Positions 6,788 through 14,690 of a stretch of DNA of 15,014 bases are shown here, one piece after another; position 1 is the stretch's first letter, and each line of letters starts with the position of its first letter. The notes under the pieces are model-generated. The model saw only the letters and a program-made list of their open reading frames with translations. It ran no database searches and had not been told where the DNA came from. The stretch is from positions 1 to 15,014 of the forward strand of contig DAOOON010000004.1 of NCBI GenBank assembly GCA_035387745.1, given 5' to 3'. Source of the DNA: an archaeon (GTDB taxonomy: Archaea; Iainarchaeota; Iainarchaeia; Iainarchaeales; CSSED10-239). Made by a program: the position numbers and the translations under genes.

Positions 6788-9307
6788 CTACTCCAAAATA
6801 TTTAATTTTTTTAATAATTGCTTTTTGTTATTGTAATAATCGTTAACTATATTATTAAAATCAGTACCATCTGTTATCCCCGAATCGACTAACCATCGGA
6901 GTAACTTTTTGTGATTAAAAAACTCTGATGTGCTTATTGCTGAGGACTCTAGATTAATCTTAAAATCGGAATCCTTTTTTGAATAATAGATTACGTCATT
7001 ATCTTTTCCGTTGCTTATTTCTAATATCTTAATAATTTGCATTTGTTCAATATTGTTTATTTTTGTTCGTTCTAGACTTATTATAATCGCTTTCCTATTA
7101 ATTGCTTTTGCCTTTTCTGAATATTTTGGCAGCAACTCCTCTGGCAGATAAACCATTGAAAAATCATACCATTTAATATCAAATAAATCTTCAGAGAAAT
7201 TATCTAAGATTAAATAATCTGATCTTTGAGAAAGCGTTTGAGAAATTATGGTCTTTTTATTTGATGCAATGTTATCTAGTAATAATTTCTTAATCCAATT
7301 CTTTTGTGGCAGTTTTATATAATCAAAGGACTGTATGCTAGTGATTGTTTTATCTGGATAAAATTGAGCCAATGCAGAAATAAACAAATTTGCATCTCCT
7401 CCGGTTATTAATATTTGAAAATCGTCATCCATTGCAGTCCAAATATAAGAATATATATCGGTTATGCCTATTCCTAAATTTATAAGGCTTACGGGAGTTA
7501 ACGGTTCTTCTAAATATTTTTTAATAATAAATGAAGACCCTCTATTGCTTATGTCGCCTACAGAATATAGGCCTTCTACTTTGTAGCCATTAGGCAAATA
7601 TCCATTTATTATTGGCTGAGCAGAATTAACTTGTAACCCCATTATTTTTGTTAAAGAAAGAACAAATTGATTTAGTTTAAATAGATTTTCAAATTTAAGA
7701 TTTGTCTCAATTGCCCCATACTTTAAGTGGTATACGATTATTGGCATATTCTCGCCAGAACAACTAATCTCTATTATATTTTTATCTTCTAAAATGGTCG
7801 ACAAAAAACCAAAACCTAAAAAGTCCCTTTTAATAAAATTAAAATATAATTTTTTTTCTAAATCTGTTAAATTATAAGACAATTTGTCAATAGTTAAATC
7901 AAATACTTTCTTAATATAGTTATTTAGATTTTGTTTATCACCTTTAAAGGAGGTGTAATTTGAATCAATAGAATCCAAGAAAATCTTTTTAATTTCGACA
8001 TATGTTTCTTCTTGAGATTGATTAAGTTCTGGCTGAATTACACTATATACTAATCCCTGAGACATCATGTAATTTATATTCACAAAAGTAAATTCATCGA
8101 TATTATATTTTTCGGAGATATTTATTTTATCGGTTTCAGATATTTGAGGTTTGACACTATAAACTTTAGTTATAGAACTGGATTGTTGAACACATGGTTT
8201 GTCTATTGTTTCTTTGGTAATTCTAGAAATTGCGGTTTTAGATAATGTTCTTTCTTCTGCATCTTTTGGCAACACATAATCAAAGGATGTTTTTTGCGAA
8301 ACTTTGGTTTGATTTGGTTTTTCTTCAATTAGAGATTTTTCTTTTATTTCATTATTATCAAAAGAAAGGTCTGGAACAACAATATCTTCAATATAATTGT
8401 CAATATTTAACTTTGGCTTCTCTGATTTTGCTTTCTGCTGTTCTTTTTTATAATTACTAATATTATTATCGATATTTTTATTGGTATTTATTTTGCCATT
8501 ATCCAAAATAAATGTTGACTCCCTTATTTTTTTTGTTGGAGGAATTTGCTCGTAAGTTGAAAATCCTTTATTTACTGCTTCTGAAATATTTGTATCATCT
8601 TTAATTGAAAAAATTTCTGGGACTTCTATTTCTTCAAGTAAAGCATAAATGTTATTAGTATTTTTTTGATCTTCTTTATTCTGTTGTTCTCCATTATATT
8701 GTGATTCTTCTTTTTTAATTTTTTTCTGGTTTATAACTTTTGTTTCTATTGCATCTAGTTTTGCATAAAGATGAGAGACGCCTGTATCTTTTATTGCAAT
8801 CTTTTTAATTTTGGGGTCATCATCTAAGAAACTAATTGATTCGAAAAATGGTTGTTCATCCTCTACTTTATCTGTTTTTTCTTCTAATGCTGTCAATAAA
8901 AAATCCACTTCCGGAGTATCTTTCTCTACTACATTTTCTAAATTAGTAATAGTAATTCTTTCTGCAATATCTTGTAATTTATTAGATATCACTTCTAGTC
9001 TTTTCTTTTCAACTTCCAATCTTAATGCATTTTCAACATATTCCCTTGGAGTAATTGTTTCAATTGTTGGATAATTAGATTCTGAATTATTTTCATGTGT
9101 TTTTGTTTCTATTTTAAAATTTCTAAATTCTTCTTTTTTTTCCGAAACATTGTGTAATTTTAACTTTGGAAGACTACCTACTTTGTTCTGATAGCTATCT
9201 GGAGGAGTATTATCTATAGAAATATTAAATTTTTGTGTGAGTGTTTTTTCTATTTTTTTTGGATCGCTATTATCATTAATCCTAGACAACTTTTTTAGTT
9301 CTACCAT
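6788..9307 (-). CDS. FlaI/ArlI-family (archaeal type IV filament assembly ATPase, T2SS-E superfamily) homolog with degenerate nucleotide-binding motifs and long N-terminal extension
   Basis: Residues ~415-839 follow the FlaI layout: VYSVIQPEL, LYFNFIKRDFLGFGFLSTILEDKNIIEISCSGENMPIIVYHLKYGAIETNLKF, NSAQPIINGYLPNGYKVEGLYSVGDISNRGSSFIIKKY, EPLTPVSLI, SYIW, and C-terminal LLRWL...VNDYY. The Walker A position reads GGDANLFIS (7376..7402), where GxxxxGK[ST] is expected. Confidence 0.85.
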   Translation of the reverse strand: MVELKKLSRINDNSDPKKIEKTLTQKFNISIDNTPPDSYQNKVGSLPKLKLHNVSEKKEEFRNFKIETKTHENNSESNYPTIETITPREYVENALRLEVEKKRLEVISNKLQDIAERITITNLENVVEKDTPEVDFLLTALEEKTDKVEDEQPFFESISFLDDDPKIKKIAIKDTGVSHLYAKLDAIETKVINQKKIKKEESQYNGEQQNKEDQKNTNNIYALLEEIEVPEIFSIKDDTNISEAVNKGFSTYEQIPPTKKIRESTFILDNGKINTNKNIDNNISNYKKEQQKAKSEKPKLNIDNYIEDIVVPDLSFDNNEIKEKSLIEEKPNQTKVSQKTSFDYVLPKDAEERTLSKTAISRITKETIDKPCVQQSSSITKVYSVKPQISETDKINISEKYNIDEFTFVNINYMMSQGLVYSVIQPELNQSQEETYVEIKKIFLDSIDSNYTSFKGDKQNLNNYIKKVFDLTIDKLSYNLTDLEKKLYFNFIKRDFLGFGFLSTILEDKNIIEISCSGENMPIIVYHLKYGAIETNLKFENLFKLNQFVLSLTKIMGLQVNSAQPIINGYLPNGYKVEGLYSVGDISNRGSSFIIKKYLEEPLTPVSLINLGIGITDIYSYIWTAMDDDFQILITGGDANLFISALAQFYPDKTITSIQSFDYIKLPQKNWIKKLLLDNIASNKKTIISQTLSQRSDYLILDNFSEDLFDIKWYDFSMVYLPEELLPKYSEKAKAINRKAIIISLERTKINNIEQMQIIKILEISNGKDNDVIYYSKKDSDFKINLESSAISTSEFFNHKKLLRWLVDSGITDGTDFNNIVNDYYNNKKQLLKKLNILE

Positions 9308-9326
9308 ATCGATAACTACATAAATA

Positions 9327-9334
9327 TATTTATA
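9327..9334 (-). promoter_or_regulatory. TATA box candidate for the FlaI-like gene (leaderless or very short leader)
   Basis: The minus strand reads CTATAAATATATTTA, with TATAAATA about 23-27 nt upstream of the ATG at 9307. No SD is present. Confidence 0.35.
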
Positions 9335-9346
9335 GCAAATAATAAG

Positions 9347-9377
9347 GGCATTATATTTATAAATATATTTTAATGCC
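9347..9377. repeat. 31-nt inverted repeat between the peptidase stop and the FlaI-like promoter
   Basis: GGCATTA (9347..9353) pairs with TAATGCC (9371..9377). They enclose the perfect 14-nt palindrome ATATTTATAAATAT (9353..9366). Confidence 0.6.
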
Positions 9378-9383
9378 TAAATT

Positions 9384-10124
9384 CTAAATAAAAGAGGTGG
9401 CGAAATTACCTAAGAGTGAAAGCACATTAAAATAGGTCAATACGGAAACAATAGCATAAGCAATTGTTAGTATTAATACAAAAGGAACTAATGGAGATAC
9501 CCATATTTTATCTATGCGATGAATTTTAGAAAACTTCTTTAATTCATATATTTGCTGTTCTGGAGAACAATTTGGTTTTATTGTTGTTTTAGAAATAACT
9601 TTATTATTTACCAATTTATATTCTTCTAAAGGGGTATAAAAATTAGTTAATTTATTTATTGCTTTTGGAAAGCCAAAGCTCATTAAAATTAAGCTTTCTC
9701 CTAATGGCTTTTTAGGGAAATTGCCTTTAATTGTATTGTAAATTAAAAACAAAATTGGGAAAAACAACGTTAAAACCGTAGACATTAAAAAGACTAGCCC
9801 TGTAAATAAAACAGAAATACCACTAATAAAACTCATTGTCATTAATGCAATAAGGTCCCCTTCCCCAATATATGCATAAACTGTAAATTTTCCTAATACA
9901 TAGATGATGGTTAAGAATGCAAAAGATATTGCGATCTGTAAAATATACATATATAAAAAACCTTTAATTAAACCAAAAAAAATATAATATGCAAAACCAA
10001 TTGCAGAAATAACTAATAATGGTACAATATTTATTTCTCTGTATTTTAAATCTTGATATCCCAAATAAATAAAACAAATTAAACCTATTAAAAACATAGG
10101 GAAAAATATAATGCTCATGCTCAT
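9384..10124 (-). CDS. A24-family prepilin/preflagellin (class III signal) peptidase
   Basis: 246-aa polytopic membrane protein. The first catalytic Asp context is GYQDLKYREI (D25) and the second is IGEGDLIAL (GxGD, D90). A ~60-aa soluble insert lies between the TM blocks, as in FlaK-type enzymes. Its ATG overlaps the upstream gene's TGA stop (ATGA). Confidence 0.8.
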   Translation of the reverse strand: MSMSIIFFPMFLIGLICFIYLGYQDLKYREINIVPLLVISAIGFAYYIFFGLIKGFLYMYILQIAISFAFLTIIYVLGKFTVYAYIGEGDLIALMTMSFISGISVLFTGLVFLMSTVLTLFFPILFLIYNTIKGNFPKKPLGESLILMSFGFPKAINKLTNFYTPLEEYKLVNNKVISKTTIKPNCSPEQQIYELKKFSKIHRIDKIWVSPLVPFVLILTIAYAIVSVLTYFNVLSLLGNFATSFI

Positions 10125-11095
10125 CTCTTTTCTTCTTTTTCTTTAATTGGCTTCTTTTCTTTTATTTTTTTTGGTTTTTTCGTTTGAATTGCTGTTTTAG
10201 TCAAATGAATTAAATCATCATATGCTTTTCTTTTTGTTATCCTTGCAGTTGATCTTTCAAACAATTGATCAGTGTATTTGCCTGGTGGGCCAAAAGAAAC
10301 AATTTGCTTTTTTAAAATCTTATTTAGTATTGCTTGATTTTGTAAAGTGTTATTTGTTTCATCAATTATTGATTTTGGTAAATCTATAGTCAAAACTCCA
10401 CTACCAATTCTGTCCACATAGTTTGTACCAGAGCCAGCAGTAACAAAATTGGCCATTTGCGCTAACTTAATGGTTGCTGAAAATTTATAAACTAAATCGT
10501 AGCTTTTCTGGTCAATCTTTTGATTTAACCTATCTGCTGTTTTTGAAATACCGGCAATATTAAAGGCTTTGTGTTTTTGTACATACCATAAGAAGTCCCT
10601 AAGGGTTTTTATAAAAAATGAATCATACATATAATAAGTAATGTAGCCCATCATGCCATTATAGCCTTCGACACCAACATTCTTTTCTTTTATAAACTTC
10701 TCTAATTTTGATAATCCCATTAAATAGCTTGCTGAGTTATTTATCAAACCAAAAGGGTGGGCAATCACAAAAAGGTAATCCTTCCTCTCACACATATCAT
10801 AGATTCTTCTCATCGAAACATTCTCTTCAAAAAAAACATTATAACTATAGATGTCTTCGTTTGGGGCATAAACTAAAACTTCTCCCTGATCTGTAGAAAT
10901 GGTTATTCCCGGAATCAAGATGTTTGCTTTTGGTTTATCTTTTAACAAATCAAAATATGCTTTCTTTGGATTTTTCTTTGCGTTTTCAGTGATTGCAGTT
11001 CCTAGAAGATTATTCTTGTTAGCAAACTGCCAGTATCTTTTACTTGACTGCTTTCTTTTTAGAAACTGCGTATTTAAATCTAAGTTATATGACAT
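10121..11095 (-). CDS. PHP-domain-like protein with substituted metal-ligand positions and Lys-rich C-terminal tail
   Basis: 324 aa. Its segments line up by eye with the PHP motifs: LDLNTQF (DLHxHT), AITEN (TDH), ILIPGITISTDQGEVLVY (GxEis...Hxl), FVIAHPFG (AHP retained), VGVEGYNG (iEvxN) and TAGSGTNYVDRIGSG (GSDAHxxxxxG). The tail is KKPKKIKEKKPIKEKEEKR. The assignment is from memory of the family pattern. Confidence 0.45.
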   Translation of the reverse strand: MSYNLDLNTQFLKRKQSSKRYWQFANKNNLLGTAITENAKKNPKKAYFDLLKDKPKANILIPGITISTDQGEVLVYAPNEDIYSYNVFFEENVSMRRIYDMCERKDYLFVIAHPFGLINNSASYLMGLSKLEKFIKEKNVGVEGYNGMMGYITYYMYDSFFIKTLRDFLWYVQKHKAFNIAGISKTADRLNQKIDQKSYDLVYKFSATIKLAQMANFVTAGSGTNYVDRIGSGVLTIDLPKSIIDETNNTLQNQAILNKILKKQIVSFGPPGKYTDQLFERSTARITKRKAYDDLIHLTKTAIQTKKPKKIKEKKPIKEKEEKR

Positions 11096-11104
11096 ATTTT
11101 TCTT

Positions 11105-11731
11105 TTATTTTTTTAAATTTACTCTTGCATCGACTATGTAGATTTCTTTTTCTGTTAGAATTACTGGATTTAGATCAATCTCTTGAAGATGCTTGTCTTT
11201 GCTCAACTCGCAGACTTTTTCTAGTAAGGAGATTAGCTTTGAGACAGGATAGTTCTTTCCTCTTGCAGAAAAGTACCTACTTACTTTTGTTGTATAAACC
11301 ATAACTTCTATTTCTTTTTTTGTTATTGGTAAAAGTCTTATTGTAGTGTCATCTTGTAATTCAGTGTAGATACCACCTTGGCCAAAGACTATAACTTTTC
11401 CAAATTGAGCATCATTGTTTATTCCTATCAATAACTCAAGGCCTTTAACTTGCTTTTGAATAATTACTTTGCCTTTTACTTTCTCTTTTTTTAGAACTTC
11501 TTGAAGCTTTTCAAAGGCATCTATGAACGCTTCTTTTGTGTAAATTTCTGTGTAAACTGCTTTACTTTCAGTTTTATGTACAAGAGAAGAACTAAGTTTA
11601 AGTACATATGGAAAATCCGAAAATCTTTCTATATCTTTTTTTAAAAGTTCTTTAGATTCTAAAATTGCAATATTTTTTTGTTTTAGATATTTAAAAGAAT
11701 CCTCTAAGTTAAGCCAAGCCATTTTTTTCAC
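11105..11731 (-). CDS. ATP-grasp domain protein resembling the beta subunit of ADP-forming acetyl-CoA synthetase (AcdB-like)
   Basis: 208 aa: FPYVLKLSSSLVHKTESKAVY (family PVVLKixSxxixHKsdxGGV), IIQKQVKGLELLIGINNDAQFGKVIVFGQGGIYTELQDD, and EIDLNPVIL...IVDARV at the C-terminus. No alpha/CoA-binding subunit is in the window. Confidence 0.65.
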   Translation of the reverse strand: MKKMAWLNLEDSFKYLKQKNIAILESKELLKKDIERFSDFPYVLKLSSSLVHKTESKAVYTEIYTKEAFIDAFEKLQEVLKKEKVKGKVIIQKQVKGLELLIGINNDAQFGKVIVFGQGGIYTELQDDTTIRLLPITKKEIEVMVYTTKVSRYFSARGKNYPVSKLISLLEKVCELSKDKHLQEIDLNPVILTEKEIYIVDARVNLKK

Positions 11732-11943
11732 TTCTTTTTATAAAAATAATGTTTAAAAACCCATATATACTATAAATATATATATTATAAATATATCTAA
11801 ATTCTTATAAAAGTTTAGATTCTAGAAATAGAACACAGGTTTTAAAATCATTGTGTTTTACTATTTTATTATTATATTTAAAATGTATCTAATTATAGAC
11901 ACATCTTACAAAAAAAAATACAAAAATAAAGGAGAGAAATAAA

Positions 11944-13248
11944 ATGAAATTACATTGCCTAGGGGCAGGACAAGAAGTTGGGAGAAGCGCCCTATTATTA
12001 AAAGGCAAAAATGAAAACATATTATTGGATTATGGTTTAAAACTTAATCCAACAACACATGTAAAAGCAGATATGGAACTACCAGCAAAGACTGAGCACC
12101 CTAAAGCTATAAAAGAACCATTAGCTGGAATAATTTTAAGCCATGCTCATCTTGACCATTCTGGAGCAATACCGTCACTTTACAAAGAAGCAAATGTTCC
12201 ATTGTTTCTAACAGAAGCAACTTTAGAACTGTCTAATCTTTTATGGAAAGACACCTTAAAGATTGCAAAGTTAACTGGAGAAGATTGTGGATTTAAGCCT
12301 CAACAGGTTGATGACACTAACAACTCTGCATTCTATATTGATTATAGAGTTCCAGTACAGATTTCGCCAAACATAAAGATAACTTTCTTTGATGCTGGTC
12401 ACATTGTTGGAAGCGTTATGGCTCTTATAGAAATGGATAAGAAAAAAATACTTTACACCGGAGACTTTAGAGCAACAGAAAGCCAGATGTTTAGAGGGTA
12501 TGATAGAAAACTTCCACAAGTTGATATTTTAATAACAGAAACGACCTATGCTGACGCTCCACACAAGAACAGAAAAGAACAAGAAAAATTATTGGTTGAT
12601 GAGATTAGAGAAACGCTTGACAATAGAGGAATTGTTATTCTCCCTGCGTTTGCTATTGAAAGATCTCAAGAACTTGTAAGTATTCTTGATAGATATAATA
12701 TTAAGGTTCCAGTCTATCTTGATGGCATGGCAAAAAAAGCAACAACTATTTTTGCACAATACCCTAATCAGTTTGTGGAGTATGCAAGATTCAAAAAAGC
12801 AGTTGACAGAATTGAATTTATTAAAAACCAAAAGAAGAGAGAAAAAATTGTTGCCACAAACACCCCTTGTATTATTATAACAACTGCCGGAATGCTAGAA
12901 GGCGGGCCTGTTTTAGGTTATATTAGAGACTTAGGAGATGACCCGAGAAACAAAATAATTCTAACAGGATATCAAGTAGAAGGCACAAATGGCAGAAGAC
13001 TTTTCGATAAAGGAAAACTTTATATCGACGGTAAGATTTATAGCCCAAGAGCAAAAGTAACAAAACACAGCTTTTCTGCACACGCAGATAAATTAGAATT
13101 ACTTGAGCTTGTTAAAAAAGTAAACCCAAAGAAAGTAATCTGTATTCACGGAGACAAAGATGTCACTTTTGATTTCAAAAATGAACTTAAAAAGCTCGGA
13201 ATTAATGCAGAAAATCCTGCTGTTGGCGATATTGTTGATTTAGATTAG
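11944..13248 (+). CDS. Beta-CASP metallo-beta-lactamase-fold ribonuclease, aCPSF2-like (no KH domains)
   Basis: 434 aa: LGAGQEVGRSALLL...ILLDYGL, the HxHxDH motif SHAHLDHSGAIP, DAGHIVGS, TETTYAD, FSAHAD and CIHGD (beta-CASP motifs A-C). An AAGGAGAG SD lies upstream. Confidence 0.85.
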   Translation: MKLHCLGAGQEVGRSALLLKGKNENILLDYGLKLNPTTHVKADMELPAKTEHPKAIKEPLAGIILSHAHLDHSGAIPSLYKEANVPLFLTEATLELSNLLWKDTLKIAKLTGEDCGFKPQQVDDTNNSAFYIDYRVPVQISPNIKITFFDAGHIVGSVMALIEMDKKKILYTGDFRATESQMFRGYDRKLPQVDILITETTYADAPHKNRKEQEKLLVDEIRETLDNRGIVILPAFAIERSQELVSILDRYNIKVPVYLDGMAKKATTIFAQYPNQFVEYARFKKAVDRIEFIKNQKKREKIVATNTPCIIITTAGMLEGGPVLGYIRDLGDDPRNKIILTGYQVEGTNGRRLFDKGKLYIDGKIYSPRAKVTKHSFSAHADKLELLELVKKVNPKKVICIHGDKDVTFDFKNELKKLGINAENPAVGDIVDLD

Positions 13249-13262
13249 AGGAAAATAAAAAC

Positions 13263-14036
13263 ATGAAAAGATTTTGCCCAAAATGTGGAAAAACCGTTCC
13301 TGAAGAAAGAATGATTAATAATTTTTGTTTGAATTGTTATATCGAAGATCACCAGGTAATCACAGCGCCCACATTTGAAATCACATATTGCCCAAAATGT
13401 AAAAAACTAAGATATGCTCGAAAAATCTTTGATAATGTGGAAAATCTAGAAAAAGAACTAGTAAAACACATAAGAATCAAAGACCTTGAACAGGCAAAAG
13501 CAAATGTGACTTTGGTTTTAGATTTTGATAAGCACGAATATTATGTTAAAGTTCTTGTAAAAGCTTTGATTGCTAACACCATACAAGAGATTGCAATGGA
13601 AAAAGATGTTTCTTTAAGAGTTGATAATTGCGAGAACTGTCTAAAGCTTTCTAGCAACTATTACACTGCAATATTACAATTAAGATTTGATACAAAAGAA
13701 CTACTTAAAGAACTACAGCCTGTTCTAGTTAATCAAATTGAAAACCAAGTTAAGACTATCAACAATGCAGACTCTAATAAAAATAAACCTTTTTTTATAG
13801 CTAAAACTATTGAACAAAAAACTGGAATAGATATTTACTTTAATGATTCAGATCATGCAGAAAAGGTTAGAAAAACTCTACTTTATAATAAGCACGTAAA
13901 GACCTGGCAAAAGACAAGAAGCCTAATTACTGCGGACAAAGACGGGAAAAGGAAATACCGCCACACAATCTGCTTACATTATGGAGTATTACCAACAGAA
14001 AGTGGAGCAAAAGAACTAGAAGAAATTGAAAATTAA
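13263..14036 (+). CDS. nmd3: NMD3-family protein (archaeal homolog of the 60S export adaptor)
   Basis: 257 aa. N-terminal Cys clusters CPKCG...CLNCY...CPKCKK, and CENCLKLSSNYYTAILQLR matching the NMD3 signature C..C.....Y.A.vQ.R. It starts 14 nt after the RNase gene, with a GAGGAAAA SD. Confidence 0.8.
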   Translation: MKRFCPKCGKTVPEERMINNFCLNCYIEDHQVITAPTFEITYCPKCKKLRYARKIFDNVENLEKELVKHIRIKDLEQAKANVTLVLDFDKHEYYVKVLVKALIANTIQEIAMEKDVSLRVDNCENCLKLSSNYYTAILQLRFDTKELLKELQPVLVNQIENQVKTINNADSNKNKPFFIAKTIEQKTGIDIYFNDSDHAEKVRKTLLYNKHVKTWQKTRSLITADKDGKRKYRHTICLHYGVLPTESGAKELEEIEN

Positions 14037-14689
14037 AATAGTTCTTTAATTATTTTAATCTTCTCTCGTTTTGCAACAATTAATATTTTTTGGCCTTCTT
14101 CTAATTTATCTTTTTCCTTGTAAACATAAAATTCAGAATTCTTAAAATATCCAATAATATTACAGCCTTCAGGAAGTAACTCCTTTAGTTTGGATATGTG
14201 TAATCCTATGTGTTTTGCATCTTTTTTCACTAGTGTCTCTACAATTGCTGCATCACCCATACTATAAAACGATAGTTCTAAGATATCTTTATCAGTAATT
14301 AATTGGGCTATATATCCCGCAGCCGCATAATCTGGCTGAATTACATAATCAATACCCAGTTTATCAAAAACATCTTTTTGATAGCCAATTTTTCTTAATA
14401 TTACTGCAACTGTTTTAACCCCTGCTTGTTTAGCAATCAGAGCAATAATTAAATTAGTTTCATCATCATCAGTTAATGCTAGAAAAACATCCGCATGATC
14501 AATTCCTGCTTTTTTTAAAGTGTTTATGTTTGTGGCTTCACCATTAATTGTAACCACATCAAATTCGTAAGCTATGGCTTTTGAAATTGCAGGATCTTTT
14601 TCAATAACTACTACTTCGTTTTCTTCAGCATCTAATAAATCAATTAAATGCTTTGAAACTGCGCTTCTTCCTACTATTATAACATACAT
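14033..14689 (-). CDS. trkA: K+ transport regulatory subunit TrkA/KtrA-like (RCK-N plus RCK-C)
   Basis: 218 aa. MYVIIVGRSAVSKHLIDLL...EVVVIEKDP is a Rossmann beta-alpha-beta. DVFLALTDDDETNLIIALIAK is the typical TrkA-N pattern, and a C-terminal RCK-C-like half follows. GGTGA-N6-ATG is present. It starts 1 nt after the trkH stop. Confidence 0.85.
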   Translation of the reverse strand: MYVIIVGRSAVSKHLIDLLDAEENEVVVIEKDPAISKAIAYEFDVVTINGEATNINTLKKAGIDHADVFLALTDDDETNLIIALIAKQAGVKTVAVILRKIGYQKDVFDKLGIDYVIQPDYAAAGYIAQLITDKDILELSFYSMGDAAIVETLVKKDAKHIGLHISKLKELLPEGCNIIGYFKNSEFYVYKEKDKLEEGQKILIVAKREKIKIIKELF

Positions 14690-14690
14690 T

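Noticed and set aside
10121-10123. TGA at the end of the PHP-like gene as a possible recoded sense codon
   Set aside because: All long ORFs are uninterrupted under the standard code. The TGA forms a typical ATGA stop-start overlap with the next gene, so ordinary termination with translational coupling explains it.
9384-11731. ATP-grasp plus peptidase as a RiPP (graspetide-like) biosynthetic pair
   Set aside because: The ATP-grasp protein matches the short AcdB-type beta-subunit pattern rather than a peptide ligase. The peptidase is a polytopic A24 aspartyl signal peptidase. No precursor-peptide ORF lies adjacent.
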